Part shown: positions 1 through 12,599 of the stretch, one piece after another | Numbering within the stretch: position 1 is the stretch's first letter | Layout: every line of letters starts with the position of its first letter | DNA from: Chrysomallon squamiferum | Lineage: Eukaryota; Animalia; Mollusca | NCBI GenBank assembly: GCA_012295275.1 | Contig: CM022671.1 | Span: 23,808,001 to 23,872,000 of the forward strand | Length of the DNA: 64,000 bases | Reading direction: 5' to 3' | Program-made: the position numbers and the translations under genes | The notes under the pieces: generated by a model | Told to the model about the DNA's origin: nothing | The model's database searches: none | Seen by the model: the letters and a program-made list of their open reading frames with translations, nothing else

Positions 1-120
1 TCATTTGTTACTGGGCGTTCGTGGTTATTATTTCATATGATTCAATTATATCTACATCACAATGCATTGTGAAATGTTAACAGCAGTGAATGGAAAAAAT
101 TACAGTAGCTTTGAAAGTGT

Positions 121-280
121 ATCTAAGTGGTGCAACACTAATGATGGTGGTGCAATAGCCTAGGAGATGTGGTATCTGTCAAGGCTGTGGTGCAGTATTT
201 GTTTCTGTAATGCAGTATCTAACTAGGTGGAGTAACATTAGTCTTGGTGGTGCTATATCAAGAGGTGCTGTATCAGCCCA
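121..280. repeat. Degenerate ~20-bp minisatellite (core GTGGTGCARTA)
   Basis: Units recur at 20-nt phase: 121 atctaagtggtgcaacacta, 141 atgatggtggtgcaatagcc, 181 aaggctgtggtgcagtattt, 201 gtttctgtaatgcagtatct, 221 aactaggtggagtaacatta, 241 gtcttggtggtgctatatca. Confidence 0.6.
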
Positions 281-1344
281 AGTGATTCTATACTGATACA
301 GATTGCTCCATACTGACAATAAGTGTCTGACTAATCCACCAAAGGTTATTGTTTCAAAATAAAGAGTTGTGTACTGAGAACTAGCCTCCTCAATAAAGTA
401 TTCAATGAAAACATTTCAAAAGCACTTTTCATGTCTTGTGTTTTGTTCTTTTACACTCTGTGTAATAGATCTGTATAATATATAATATTGATATATGTGA
501 TTTGTACATTTTACAATGTACATTCTATGATGTAATTAAAAAATAAAAATAATAAAATAAAATAAAAAATAAAAAATGCTCATAAATTTGTTTCTCTTGT
601 ACTTTATTTTGAGCAAAAACAGATTGGTGCAAAACTTAAATAAAACTGCTGCTTTGAAGTATAACACAATATATTCAAGTTGTTAGTCTCAACTATTAAA
701 GGTATGATTTAACAAACTTTAAGTAACAGCATCTATCTGAGTAATGCTTATAAAACAGATGAATAATTCTTAATTCCAGGAAAAAAATTTGGCTGTCAAA
801 ACAGTAAACAATTGTGGACTATAACCAGAAATGAATATTTATCAAATATATTTGTTTCTCAAAGCAACAACAAATGAATCATAACATCATAGACATTAAA
901 TATCTGTTCATTATTTGTGCAAGGTTATTTAAACAGTTGTGGAACAGCTAAAGTCACAGGAAAGAACAAAAAATAAAACAAATGCCCTTGAAATATAGCT
1001 TTCCTTTCTGAATATCTGATTACTGTAATCACTACAAGAAAAAAAATGAAATGAAATTTAAAAAAGAAGAAAAAGAAAGGTTATCATAGAAATACTTAAA
1101 TGTTAAGATAACATTATACACTGAAACCACCACACACACACAATTCAGTGATCAACATTCTTTCCAACCTATTCAGCAGATCTTGAAATCCAAACCATAC
1201 CTGTATGTTTTCAAATTAATTACATGTACTTCCATACTTTTATCATTTCTTTTCATGCCATGCAAATAAAAATAAAATTGGCTCGAAATTTTTAAAATTT
1301 TATATGTTCATGTCTAATGTAGGTGTATACATATGCATGCATAA

Positions 1345-1446
1345 GTGTGTGTGTGTGTGCATGCCTGTGTGTGTGTGTGTGTGTGCATGTGTGTGTGTGT
1401 GTGTGTGCATGCCTGTGTGTGTGTGCATGTGTGTGTGTGTGTGTGT
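1345..1446. repeat. Interrupted (GT)n microsatellite
   Basis: Directly visible; source of the spurious CV-repeat ORFs. Confidence 0.95.
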
Positions 1447-3322
1447 CTGGTTGAGTGTAACATTTATCAAGAAACTGATCTTATAGGATTGAGACTGATT
1501 ATGTCAGAGGAAATAGGAAATACTTATACAGTTATTTCCTCTATGTTCTTAAACACAGTCTGCTGTAGACATACAGATAACAGATATATTCTGTATCACA
1601 CAAACATATTGTCCTTCATTATTTCAATAGTAAACAATGAAAAAATATATATATATTATGTTATACACAGTAACATCTCCAATGTGAAAGACAATTCTTA
1701 TGTATGGAAAAAAAAATATGTGTGCATTTAAAAATATTATTTCATTATAACATATCTCCTGTCTTGAGAGATATCACAAACACACACACACACAGACACT
1801 CACACAATTTTCCTTCTGTTTTTATTACTATATTTGTTTGTATACATTTAAATATTCCTCACCCCATCTGTTTTTTATTACTGTTTATTATTTTGTATGC
1901 ATTTCTGCGTCAGTGAATATTTAATGCAAAGTAAAAGCTATGGTAAATCATTTCTGCTTTAAGTAAATGGTAATACAATATTTAAAATATGCTGCATAAA
2001 ATACATAAAGCAACAAATATGCATTTTTAAATTCTGTTCTTAAGTAAAAAAAAATATGAGAGAAAAAAACAACAATTTAGACTGGCATGGATTTGAAAAT
2101 AATTATTTTTGTAAAAGCCTGATATAGAATTTCAGAATTGCTGGTTTTCAAAATATTCAAAAAAGAAAAATGGAACTGAACATTTTCAATGCATAATCCA
2201 ATGTTTTCTTATAACTGTAACTGTACATTTACTGGTTTTATGTCTGTTTAGTGTAGACACAGACAAAATTAAACAGTTAGAGTAAAACTATAACAATAAC
2301 AGACAAACAGATCCCAGTGGACCGAGAAAACACAAAAGTAATTTCAATATTGATATCTGAATGCTGTAATTTGGCTAGAGTAAATATATAAATTTATTAT
2401 TTGATCACAACTGAAATAAAAACAGTGATAAAAGATAAGCAAGCAAACATTTTACAGATACTGATAATAATAATTTTAGTAATATCATCATTTCATAAAT
2501 TACTTGATCAACAGGAATTTCTGAGTGTTAAATTCAAAATGGCTGGATCTGAACTAAATCTAATCAAAGCATGGAAAGAAAGACAACACTGAACAACTAT
2601 AGGAAGCAATTTGAAAAAAATATTAATAATAATAATACTAAAAATAAATCTATTTATGAAAATAAAATTATCTACAACATTTAAAAAGCAAATTAAGTGT
2701 TATTAAAAACAGAACTGTTTGTATAGCTAAATTATTTGTGTTATGATGATAATCAGTGTTTGTATTTGTATGGTCTATCACATATGCAATTATGTTGAAG
2801 TAATGTAATTAAAACTGACACATTTAGCACAGGAAGTTACAGTGTGAAAATTAAGGATGCTCTAATTTATGCTAATAATCAGATTGCTTTGAAAGTGCTG
2901 GGTAAACAAACAGGAATATTTTCTACATAAATATAATAATTTTTTTTTTTTTTTCTCTAAATACTTATTATTCTTTGAGGAAAGGGATGATGTGCAGTAA
3001 TCATAAATTAGGTGTGTTTCTGTGATGATTAAAATGATGATGATGATAATAATAAATAAAAACACAGAATTTTATTAATTTCACTACATATCTGTCACTA
3101 CAGCATCCATGAAATCATTTGTATGAAAGTGTTATTATAATACTGTTACTAAGCAATACAATGCAGACAACATCTACATACATACATACATACACACAGA
3201 CAGACAAAACCAGCATACACATATACACAAGCTTTCTCTCTGCAGGATCGTGTTGGAGAATTAGTCACATGGAAAAAGCAAACCACACTGCTGACATGAC
3301 CATTTTATAGAATGCAACTTAC

Positions 3323-3379
3323 CGAAGGCATCGGCATTGACAACAATTTGCCAAATGTTAAATTCTCTCCAACAGAAAA
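3323..3379 (-). CDS. Internal 57-nt phase 0-0 exon of unidentified minus-strand gene (FSVGENLTFGKLLSMPMPS)
   Basis: Long pyrimidine tract ttgtttgtttctttttctgttaag acceptor, consensus donor TCG|gtaagt, open 19 codons, and motif shared with the exon at 5719-5811. Confidence 0.6.
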
Positions 3380-3527
3380 CTTAACAGAAAAAGAAACAAA
3401 CAAAATCTTAATATGAATAAAACCACATTCTTAATAGGTTCAGTTTTGTTGCTAAAAAAGATGATTATATTACAGTTTATATTCTATTTTAATTCAAGCC
3501 ATTTGTAAATATTTTCCATTCCTTTGC

Positions 3528-3570
<43 letters not shown>

Positions 3571-5524
3571 AAAATAATAATAATAATAACAATAATAAAA
3601 AAGAAAAAGAAGAAATTAATAACAAAAACATACAAAAAAGATGTTTCACCTTTTACATACATTATAGAAATATAATTGACCAGAAATATAATTATAATAT
3701 CAAATACGTAAATTCAAAATGATTATTATATTGTCATTCTCTTCAGCATGTGTGTAAATTTTAATGTGCACTTTCAACACAGCACATACCAGCCACTGAG
3801 TTATTTTCAAAAACTCTCAGATTTTACCAAGGTGGTTTTTAATAACACACTGTACTGTGGGTAAAAGATCTATACCAAGTGAATTACACACTGTATTTTT
3901 TCAGTACATTCTGAGTTTACAGGTGTGAGTGTCTTTGTTAAGGAAAATAAACACTGTGTCTGGGGCCACACATGGTGTTTACAATACACTTTTATTACAA
4001 ACAAGAACATGCAGGGAGAATAAAATAAAACCCATTGCCAAACTTCCTTTATTTGTAACTGAATATTAGACAGCAATGTGGCTGGTCTAATGTGTATCAA
4101 ATTTTTGGTTCTTAAAATCTATGTTTGAAGAGGAAACGTGACGAAAGTGTAATGGTTTCATGAAAAACCTTAGAAATAATTTGATAATGAAAATAACAAT
4201 AATTTTTAAATATACAGAAAAATAATAAATAAATAAATAAATAAAATATCAACAAAATCAAAAACAATAAATATTAATTATAAAGTTTTAAGATGCTAAA
4301 CAGATTTTTTAACAATCTGTTCACAGATCTTAATGTCTAGGTTTTATTCACTGTACAAGAATGTGAAATATCTTAAAGTGTAATGTACTTAGTCATTTCC
4401 TTGTTCAAACAGAAGTACCCAATTTTCTTTTAAAAATAATTATTTAGCTCATAAATAAGATTTTCAGATAACCCTTTTATTTTTTTTATCTTCTGCTGTA
4501 CCATCTACTTTAGAATAGGACATATTAACAATTTTTTCATCTTCTATTATATTGTAAAAACTAGCCTGAAAGTACAGTGATGTCTTTAAAAACCTTGAAA
4601 TTCAATGAGACTCTCAACTAATAATAATTTTTTTAATTTAAAAAGAAAAAGGAAAAACAGTAAAAAATGTTTTTAGCTTGTACATTTCAAACAGAATGTA
4701 TGTTATAAAGGAATTAAAAATAATAATAATAATAAAGTAAAATAAAATAATATACAAATAAATAAGTAAGTAAGTAAATAAATAAATAAATAAAAGATAC
4801 AGATTATATTTTTAGCTCACTGAGGTAACAGTAAATACCATGTATCTATTTAGTTAAGATAAACAAAGGTGTCAGATGGTGAAATAACATCTGCTTCAAT
4901 GTAAAGAGTATCTATTGTCTAACAGACACTGAAATACAATGCTAAACATTTGATTGTCACTAATGTCACTTGATATAGTCAAACTATTCTTAAACTGGTA
5001 TGTTTTAATGTGAATAGTTTGATGCTTTCTTAACATATTCTTATCAACTGCTTTAATAAAAAAAAACCACATACACACAAAAAAAAAAAAAAAAAAATAT
5101 AACATAAAATAAAAATTGACATAGTTCCTTATTTTTTTTATTTAATTATGTTTATTTGATTATTTAACTTCTTTGTGCAGTTTTTATTACCTAGGGATTT
5201 CTTTTATGATTAATACAGTTTCTGTATATATATAAATTTTCCTCATATCAATCTTCAGATGTCATTAGACTTTTTTGTTTTAAATATTAAAAAAAAATAA
5301 TAATAAAAAATAAAAATAATAATAATAATAAAAAAAATAATAAAAAAAAAAAATAATAAAAAAAAAAAAATAAAAAAAAAAAAAATAATAATAAAAAACA
5401 ACAAGAGAAAGAGACAAAAGAAATAAATCTTGCCATCAGTATTTGTCACTTTAAAATTCAAAATAATTTTTTTGTCATCAAAAAAAAAAAAAATTAAATA
5501 AAATAAAAAACATTTCTCATCTAG

Positions 5525-5671
5525 ACATTTTATCTGTCTGAATAATAAATGGTTTTTGAAAAGCAATGACAGGGGAAATTAAAAAGACAAACAAAAAAAA
5601 CAAAAACACTTCACATCTACACATTTTAACTGTCAGAATAGTTAATGGTTTTTGAAAAACAATGACAGGGG

Positions 5672-5685
<14 letters not shown>
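5525..5685. repeat. Local direct duplication (~60-bp core, ~96-bp spacing)
   Basis: acatttta.ctgtc.gaata....aatggtttttgaaaa.caatgacaggggaa.ttaaaaa occurs at ~5525 and ~5621. Confidence 0.8.
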
Positions 5686-5707
<22 letters not shown>

Positions 5708-5718
5708 ACTAGACTTAC

Positions 5719-5811
5719 CAAGGGTGTTGTTAGTAGTTTTCCAAACGATACTTCCCCAGCCTTGCTGGTTATTCGGTGCACTTTGCGCTTTGGTTTCTCT
5801 GGCGATTCCAT
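5719..5811 (-). CDS. Candidate alternative first coding exon of unidentified minus-strand gene (MESPEKPKRKVHRITSKAGEVSFGKLLTTPL), phase 0 donor
   Basis: ATG at 5811, 31 open codons with normal coding-like composition, consensus donor TTG|gtaagt; possible UTR acceptor gactaactgtgtacag at ~5871; shares FGKLLxxP with 3323-3379. Confidence 0.6.
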
Positions 5812-8057
5812 ATCAACTGACTCAAAACTGTGCTATCCTTTAAACCCTGCTTTTCACAAGCCCCTCTATCCTGTACACAGTTAGTCACACTTTCCAAGAA
5901 TATTTTCAAATACTATCACAACATTTCTCCAAAGGTGATTCTTTTCTTGACAAAAATCTGCATCACAAAACTCAATGTTTAAAAAAAATAAAAATATGTA
6001 AAAATCCACAGTGAAGTTAAATATTAAAAATAAAATAAAACCTGTTTGACGTTATCAGAACAACAGAAATAATAAACTGAAAACTAAATCCAGTGGGGTT
6101 TTCTTTTTGTTGTTATTTTTCTTTTAACCGGAATGATTTTTATGTGTTAACTTCCTTAATGATTCATTTCACTGTTGTGATTTCACCAGATATGAAGTAT
6201 CAGAGTTTGACTCAAATATTCAGACACAAAGTGTAAACTTACAACATTCACGATCCATAAACTCCAGAGTCAAATGTTCATTCACAAAATGAAATATGAG
6301 ATGTTTGGTATCCTTCACAATGAATGACAAACTGCTGCTTTAGAAACAGTTTCAGTTTCAGAACATACATATATAATTTTTTTTATTAACTTTAAAATTT
6401 CATAAATTTTGTTTCAACTGAAGTCAGTCTAAGTAACAGTGTAACTTATGGTAGACTCACATCAATGAAAGGATTAAAAGAATGGTTTTGAAAAGAAGTT
6501 AATCCACTGAAAGTTAAGATCTCAAGTCTTAAGTGTTCAAATGTGGAATGAGGTATAAAATATCCTCAGTTCTGTGTGACACCCGGCAATAATTCTCCTT
6601 CAACAATGTGACAACACTTGTGTGGATGACCTCCTCAACAAAACACTTAACATGCAATATACAGTCAGCTTTCTTATGATATACGATCAAAATTTACATA
6701 CAGAACTTTTTTTTTTTTTTTACTGTTGGTGTGCCAACATCCCAGTGAAAAATTTCTTTCTTTCTAAACACAATTTTGTTTTACCAAATAATGTTAATTT
6801 TTTTTTTTTTTTTTTTTTAACAAAAATAATTTTACACTTTTAATTATTTTCTTTAAACTTGACAGGTTAATAAGAAAAAAAAATTAAATAAAAATTAATA
6901 TAAATATGAATGTGTAAGCTGTCACTTCATATTACAAAATCTGTACCTGGAAAAAGACTCTGTTTGTTAACTAAAACTGATGTCATGTTCACTGGAAAAG
7001 GTTACAGATTTCCAGCGTTGGACAACACGAGGGATGATGATACTTCTGAACAACTTGGGTAACACTACTGTTAGAACAGGTCCCTGTGACGTTGTCAAGT
7101 GCCACTTGAATAGTCAAAGGTTCAGAGAGGAAGTCACTTACACACTGCAATGTGCAAAGGAAATGGATGGCCGTGTCGCTCTGCACTGCTACACAAGGTG
7201 GTGAGGTGATAGAAGCTCTATTCTGTTGTGTAACGTCTTCTCTGTCACTTAATCAAAGATGCCAAATGGATAAACTACAGTATACTACCGTTATTCTCAA
7301 CAGTCAAGATGGAAAAAAGAAAACATTAATAAAAAATGACGATTTTTGCCCTCAACACTCAGGAAAAGTGATAAGTGTTTTGTAAAATTAGTTATTCAAT
7401 AACATCCCGGACAATCCTTGTTGTTCTAGAAATACTAATTGAAAACATCCTCAGATTAAAAATAATCAAAAATTAGATTGCAGTTCAGCGCCCACACAAA
7501 GTCATGTGAAGTTTGTGTAAACTCTGGAATGTAAAATATGATCAAGCAGTTTTGTTTATGTGTACACAAAATCCAATTTCTTTCATGTACGAGCCTGTAA
7601 TATTGTCACTTTCCAAGATAACCAGTGCAGGACATGCCTGATCCAACAAACAAATTAGTCACATCCATACAAACTATCTGAAATGAAAATGACAATGAAA
7701 TTGTCAGAGATAATCCAGGGCTATGTTGTCAGCTCAAAAGACATAAAAAGAAGCCTGTACATGCTTATTTCTTTCTTTTCATACACTGATCTGCCTCGTT
7801 GGAACTGGATATCACTGAACTGTTGGTGTGAGGCGCTGTTTATCACCTCATTATCTAATACTGAACATACAGTTAAGATTAGAAAAAGTGTTTCTTAAGA
7901 AAAGAACTACGAAATGTTCCAGAAACTTATTTTACAAAGTTAACTAAGTCTAGTTAAAACAAATATGATACCTTTACCATTTTTTTTTTTTTCAAAATCT
8001 AGTTTATTTAAATATCACTAAGTAATATATTCACATTTTTAAAACTATTTATTTTTA

Positions 8058-8097
<40 letters not shown>

Positions 8098-8539
8098 TTA
8101 TTTTATTTTATTTTATTAATTCTGATTTGATGGTTTATTAACTGTTTTCAGAACTGACTCAATTTTATTTTGTTTATCAGTTTTTATATTTTACATCTAA
8201 TAAATATTTTAATTAACAATCTGTGTAACCATTTATAAATTTTCTTTACTTTTTCTTCTGTTTCTCTAGCCATAAATTTTCTTAACTATTTTTTCTTCTT
8301 ATTTTCCTCCCCTTAATTTTCTTTTACCCTCATGTTTTTGTTAATGAAAAAACATCAAGGTTAACTTTGACAGGTATCACTGAAAACTACTCCACAATGG
8401 CAGTAATTACAATTTCCTAAAAATAAATCTAGTAATTTCCCAGAACTCACTTAAGCTGCCTGAGGAAATCCTATACCCTAGGTTTTAAAACTTGGAAAGT
8501 ATTTTTAAAATAAACACAAGGCTTGAATGCACCTTCGGT

Positions 8540-9040
8540 ATTAATCAACCTTTCCCCAGGTGTTAAAAAACACCTTCATTTTAACAGTGGAAATAAAAAA
8601 TTAAGAAACTGAATATGAATCCATTTACAATAATCAACATTTCAGGTGTTAAGAAACATATCTGTACAGGTGACTTTCATTCTAACAGTATCAGTCAAAA
8701 TAAAAACTTTAAAAGTTAAGTTTGAATCTATCTTAAAAATTCAAGCTTTTGCTCGTATTAAAAAACATACCTGTACAGGTGAAGTTCATTCTAACAATAA
8801 TAGTCAAAATTAAAAAGTTTTAAATTTAAGTTTGAATGTATCTTTAAAAAATCAAGCTTTTGCCTGATGTTAAAAAACATACCTGTACAGGTGACCTTCA
8901 TTATTACAAAGTCTAAATTATTATTATTTTTTTTTTTTTTTTAAATTAAGCTTGAATATATATCTTCAGTAACCAAACTTTTGCCAGGTGTTAAGTAACA
9001 TACCTGTACTGATTACTGTCATATTTACAAAGTCTAAAGC
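8540..9040. repeat. Tandem repeat, 4-5 diverged units of ~110-120 bp with palindromic core ACCTGTACAGGT
   Basis: Cores at ~8660, 8769, 8881 and a decayed one at 9002; shared flanks gttaaaaaacat...ttcatt...aagtttgaat.tatctt...aagcttttgc. Confidence 0.85.
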
Positions 9041-12000
9041 ATCAAGACAAATAAAATTATCTTGAAAAATAACTTCATAATCTCAATTAAAAGGTTTTCC
9101 AGATTTTTATGGCTAGGAAGTAGTGTTTTCCTGGGAATTCTTTATCATAGCTTTAGCATGTAACAGTTTTTCCAGAAGGACTTTATGTTCATCGAGCAGA
9201 AAATGAAGGAAAAAAAACTAATTTTTTTTCTACGTCTATTGCCACAAAACATTTCTTGGCCACTGAAGTAAAACCTCAAAGAAATCATTGGTTCATTCCC
9301 AAGTGTGATTAAATTAACTTGAAGAATTTTGAAGAAATTTATTACAAACTGCACTTATACAATTGGAAAGTTTTTGTTTTTAAATATTTTAAGTTAAAGG
9401 AAGTAATATTTATTTTATTTTATTTCATTTTATTTTTATTTTTTTTTATAAATTCTTATTTATTATTTATTTTAGAATTATTATTATTTTTTTTTTTTTT
9501 TTTTTGAATTAGTGGTTAATGAATATTTTGTTTACGGTTATTTTTAAAACTGTAAATAAACATATTGTCAATAAAATCACTTTAAAAATCAACCATCAGA
9601 TCAAAGCAGACACATATCTACAAACACAATGGGATTATAAACAATATGCATTTGGCAGCAGTTGGATGTTATGAGAGAAAAAAAAAACTAAAAAAAAAAA
9701 AAAAAAAAAAATTAAACATAAAAAATCAACAAAAACAAAACCAAAAACAAAAGGCAGTGTGTTCTTTCTCGTTTGGTTTAAATATTTTTAAAGGCTTTGG
9801 ACCCTACAATGCATTTTATAAAGTCTATATCATAACTGGCAAACTAATCCTATAAAATGAAAGAAAAATAAAAAAACCCAGAAATAAACCAAATCTGTAA
9901 AACTTAAACAACCATTTAAATTTTACAAAAAGAAAAATCAAATCAATCCTTTTCAATTAATTCAGCAACTAAAGAATGACGAAATAAAACGAACCATAAA
10001 TTATTAAAAGCAGACAGATAGAAAAATTTCATTTTCTTTTCTTTTTAATTTTTTTCTTTCCCCCCACCCAGTCTGCTTATGATTCAGCTTAGTTCTGCTT
10101 TCATTCAGAGAATGCTAAATTAACTTCAGCTTCCAAGCAAAGACAGATGGTTATCAAATCATTCTGCTACCAATAATGAAAACGAATTCTCCAGAATTAC
10201 TTATGTGCATGCATTCAAAAAAAAAAAAAAAAAAAAAAAAAAAGTATTGTTTTTACACCCTTGAACCCTAGCATCATGCATAGTGGAAACAGAGGCTGCA
10301 TGACACTGTAAGGAAACTAACACATGAGTAAAGCAGATGAATATGTAAGTGTAATATCCCCTGGAAGAAGGGAGAGAGTGACAAGGCGGAAGGTGATTGA
10401 TCAATACATGCCCAGCCAGGGGATAATCTCTTGTTAACGGAGTCTGTCTGCGTGAAGAGAGAACCTGCAAGACAAAGCCTGAAACCCATCTCAAACAACA
10501 AAAGCAATTAATCACTATCACTTAACATACAAATATGTTTTGTATCTACATTAATGTGGCTGAATTTAGTATGTTTTTGATGTCAATGGGACCGAATCAA
10601 GTACTTTTTTTTAAAATAATCTATCATCTATGTTAATGTGGCCAAATTTAGTATATTTTTAATATCAAAGTGCCTGAATGAAGCCTTTTTTTTTTTTTTT
10701 TTTAATGACTGAATCAAATACATTTTTAAAAGTCTTATGTGCCAAAACAAGGACATTTTTTTTTTTTTTTTATCTATGATAATAAGGCCAGGTCAAGTAA
10801 ATTTTTATACCAAGATTATTTTTTGCTCTTAATCTAGTAATTTTTAATAAGTTAATGTTGGCTAAATCTATGTTTTATATATATATTAACATTGCTTAAC
10901 TGTTCAGTTCAAAAACTAAAAACCATAAATAATTTAACATAAAAAGCCAACAAAACAAAACCCTGGTCCGAGCTGTAAATTCTTTCAGAACATAAAAATG
11001 CAAGCCATTTTAACAGGGTTATCAAAATGGTGACCCCCAGCTTGTCAACTCAACACACAAGCATTGCAAACATCCGACAAAAATGCACCAACATAAATAG
11101 CTGATTGGATGTGCTTAAAGATCATGTTTTTATGTGACAGTGAAACTCAGGGAAGTTGATAACAGGATCCTGTGCAACTTGCATCAATATTATCAAGACA
11201 CCTCACTATATTTTAAAATTTACACAAAACTCTAATGTTTTATAATCTTATGCATTCTGCAAAGTTATAACATTGCATGTACTGTTGATTATAACAATTC
11301 ACACTGCACATTATTTTTTTATAATTTGTTTAAATATTGTTTTCAAATAGTTTCCAAAATGTATCAGTTTTTAATATCAACATTAATGTATTGCTTAAAT
11401 GTTGTCCACAAGCTTAACTGACTATCTCCAAACTTGAATATTCATTCACAAAAAAAAAAAATAATACAAAAAACATAATGCCAACAGAATCCTTTTTTTT
11501 TTTTTTTTTTAAATTTTAATATTTATTTCTTTATTTCTTAAATGGTCAAAATTGTTTTGCTTTAATAATCCACACATAAAATAAAATATATGTCTATTAT
11601 ATATTTATTTTATTGTCATTTTATTTTACTTTATTTTACTTTTTATATCATATATTGCATGAACTCATAAGGTAAGTGAAAGTCTAGTTAAAATAACAGA
11701 TGTATTTCCATCATATTACTGAAATGAGTACTTCCTACATCAAGTATTACATTAAGCTGTTATATCCTGATGGGAAATGGCAGATTTAAATGCAGCAGGG
11801 AATCAAATAAAAAATAAACTAAACCTTCCTAGCTGAAAGTAGTTTCTATTTGATTAAAAAAAACACACACCAAAAAAACATCTTCCTGCTTTAAAAAAAA
11901 AAAAAAAAAAGGAATATGTATGACTGACAACAGATCTAACAACAAACAATAAATTTATACTCTCAGTGAAACACTTGACTTTTATAAATGCATAGTTACA

Positions 12001-12287
12001 CCAAACCAGTAAACTTTAAAAAAAAAAAAAAATAATAAAAATAAAATTTTAAATATTAAAAATAGCTTAAACGTTAACATAATTTATGGACATTAAATTT
12101 AGAGATATAAAAATAGTTATGATTTCCACTTTTTATTCATTTTCATTCAAACTAACACAGCCACACACATAAAAACACATGTAAATAAAGTGAAAATTTA
12201 TGTGTCGACATATTACCAGTTATCATTCATGTCATATTTTACAGGCTATATTAGAAGAAAAAAAAAACAATTATGTACCATTATTCA

Positions 12288-12328
<41 letters not shown>

Positions 12329-12599
12329 CAACATGCTCTCAATAAAATATAGTCACAATTATTACAAAAAACACCTAAATTTTATTTCTTAAAAAAAAAA
12401 AAAAAAAAAAGATAAAATGAAAATGACAAGCAAAATCTTTTGTTTAAACTTAAAAAAAAAAAAAAAATTAAAATGTAGGGAAAAAAAAGACAAGAGCAAA
12501 GGCCTCAATAAAGGAACTTACTGGAGTAAATCAAGCTGTAGGAAATGGTTTATGTACACTAAGAAATCCTTTTTATCTGTGATAGAGCTGAGGAATTGA

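Noticed and set aside
5719-5811. Resemblance of KRKVHRITSKAGEVSFGK to the PIP5K1 N-terminal KKIGHRxVxxxGExTYKK motif
   Set aside because: Weak match; the expected continuation (xxxIQLGI) is absent and no kinase exons are in the window, so no gene name was assigned.
121-9040. CRISPR-like interpretation of the repeats with variable linkers (121-280, 8540-9040)
   Set aside because: Eukaryotic intronic context, degenerate repeats, linkers too short (121-280) or homologous to each other (8540-9040), and no cas genes.
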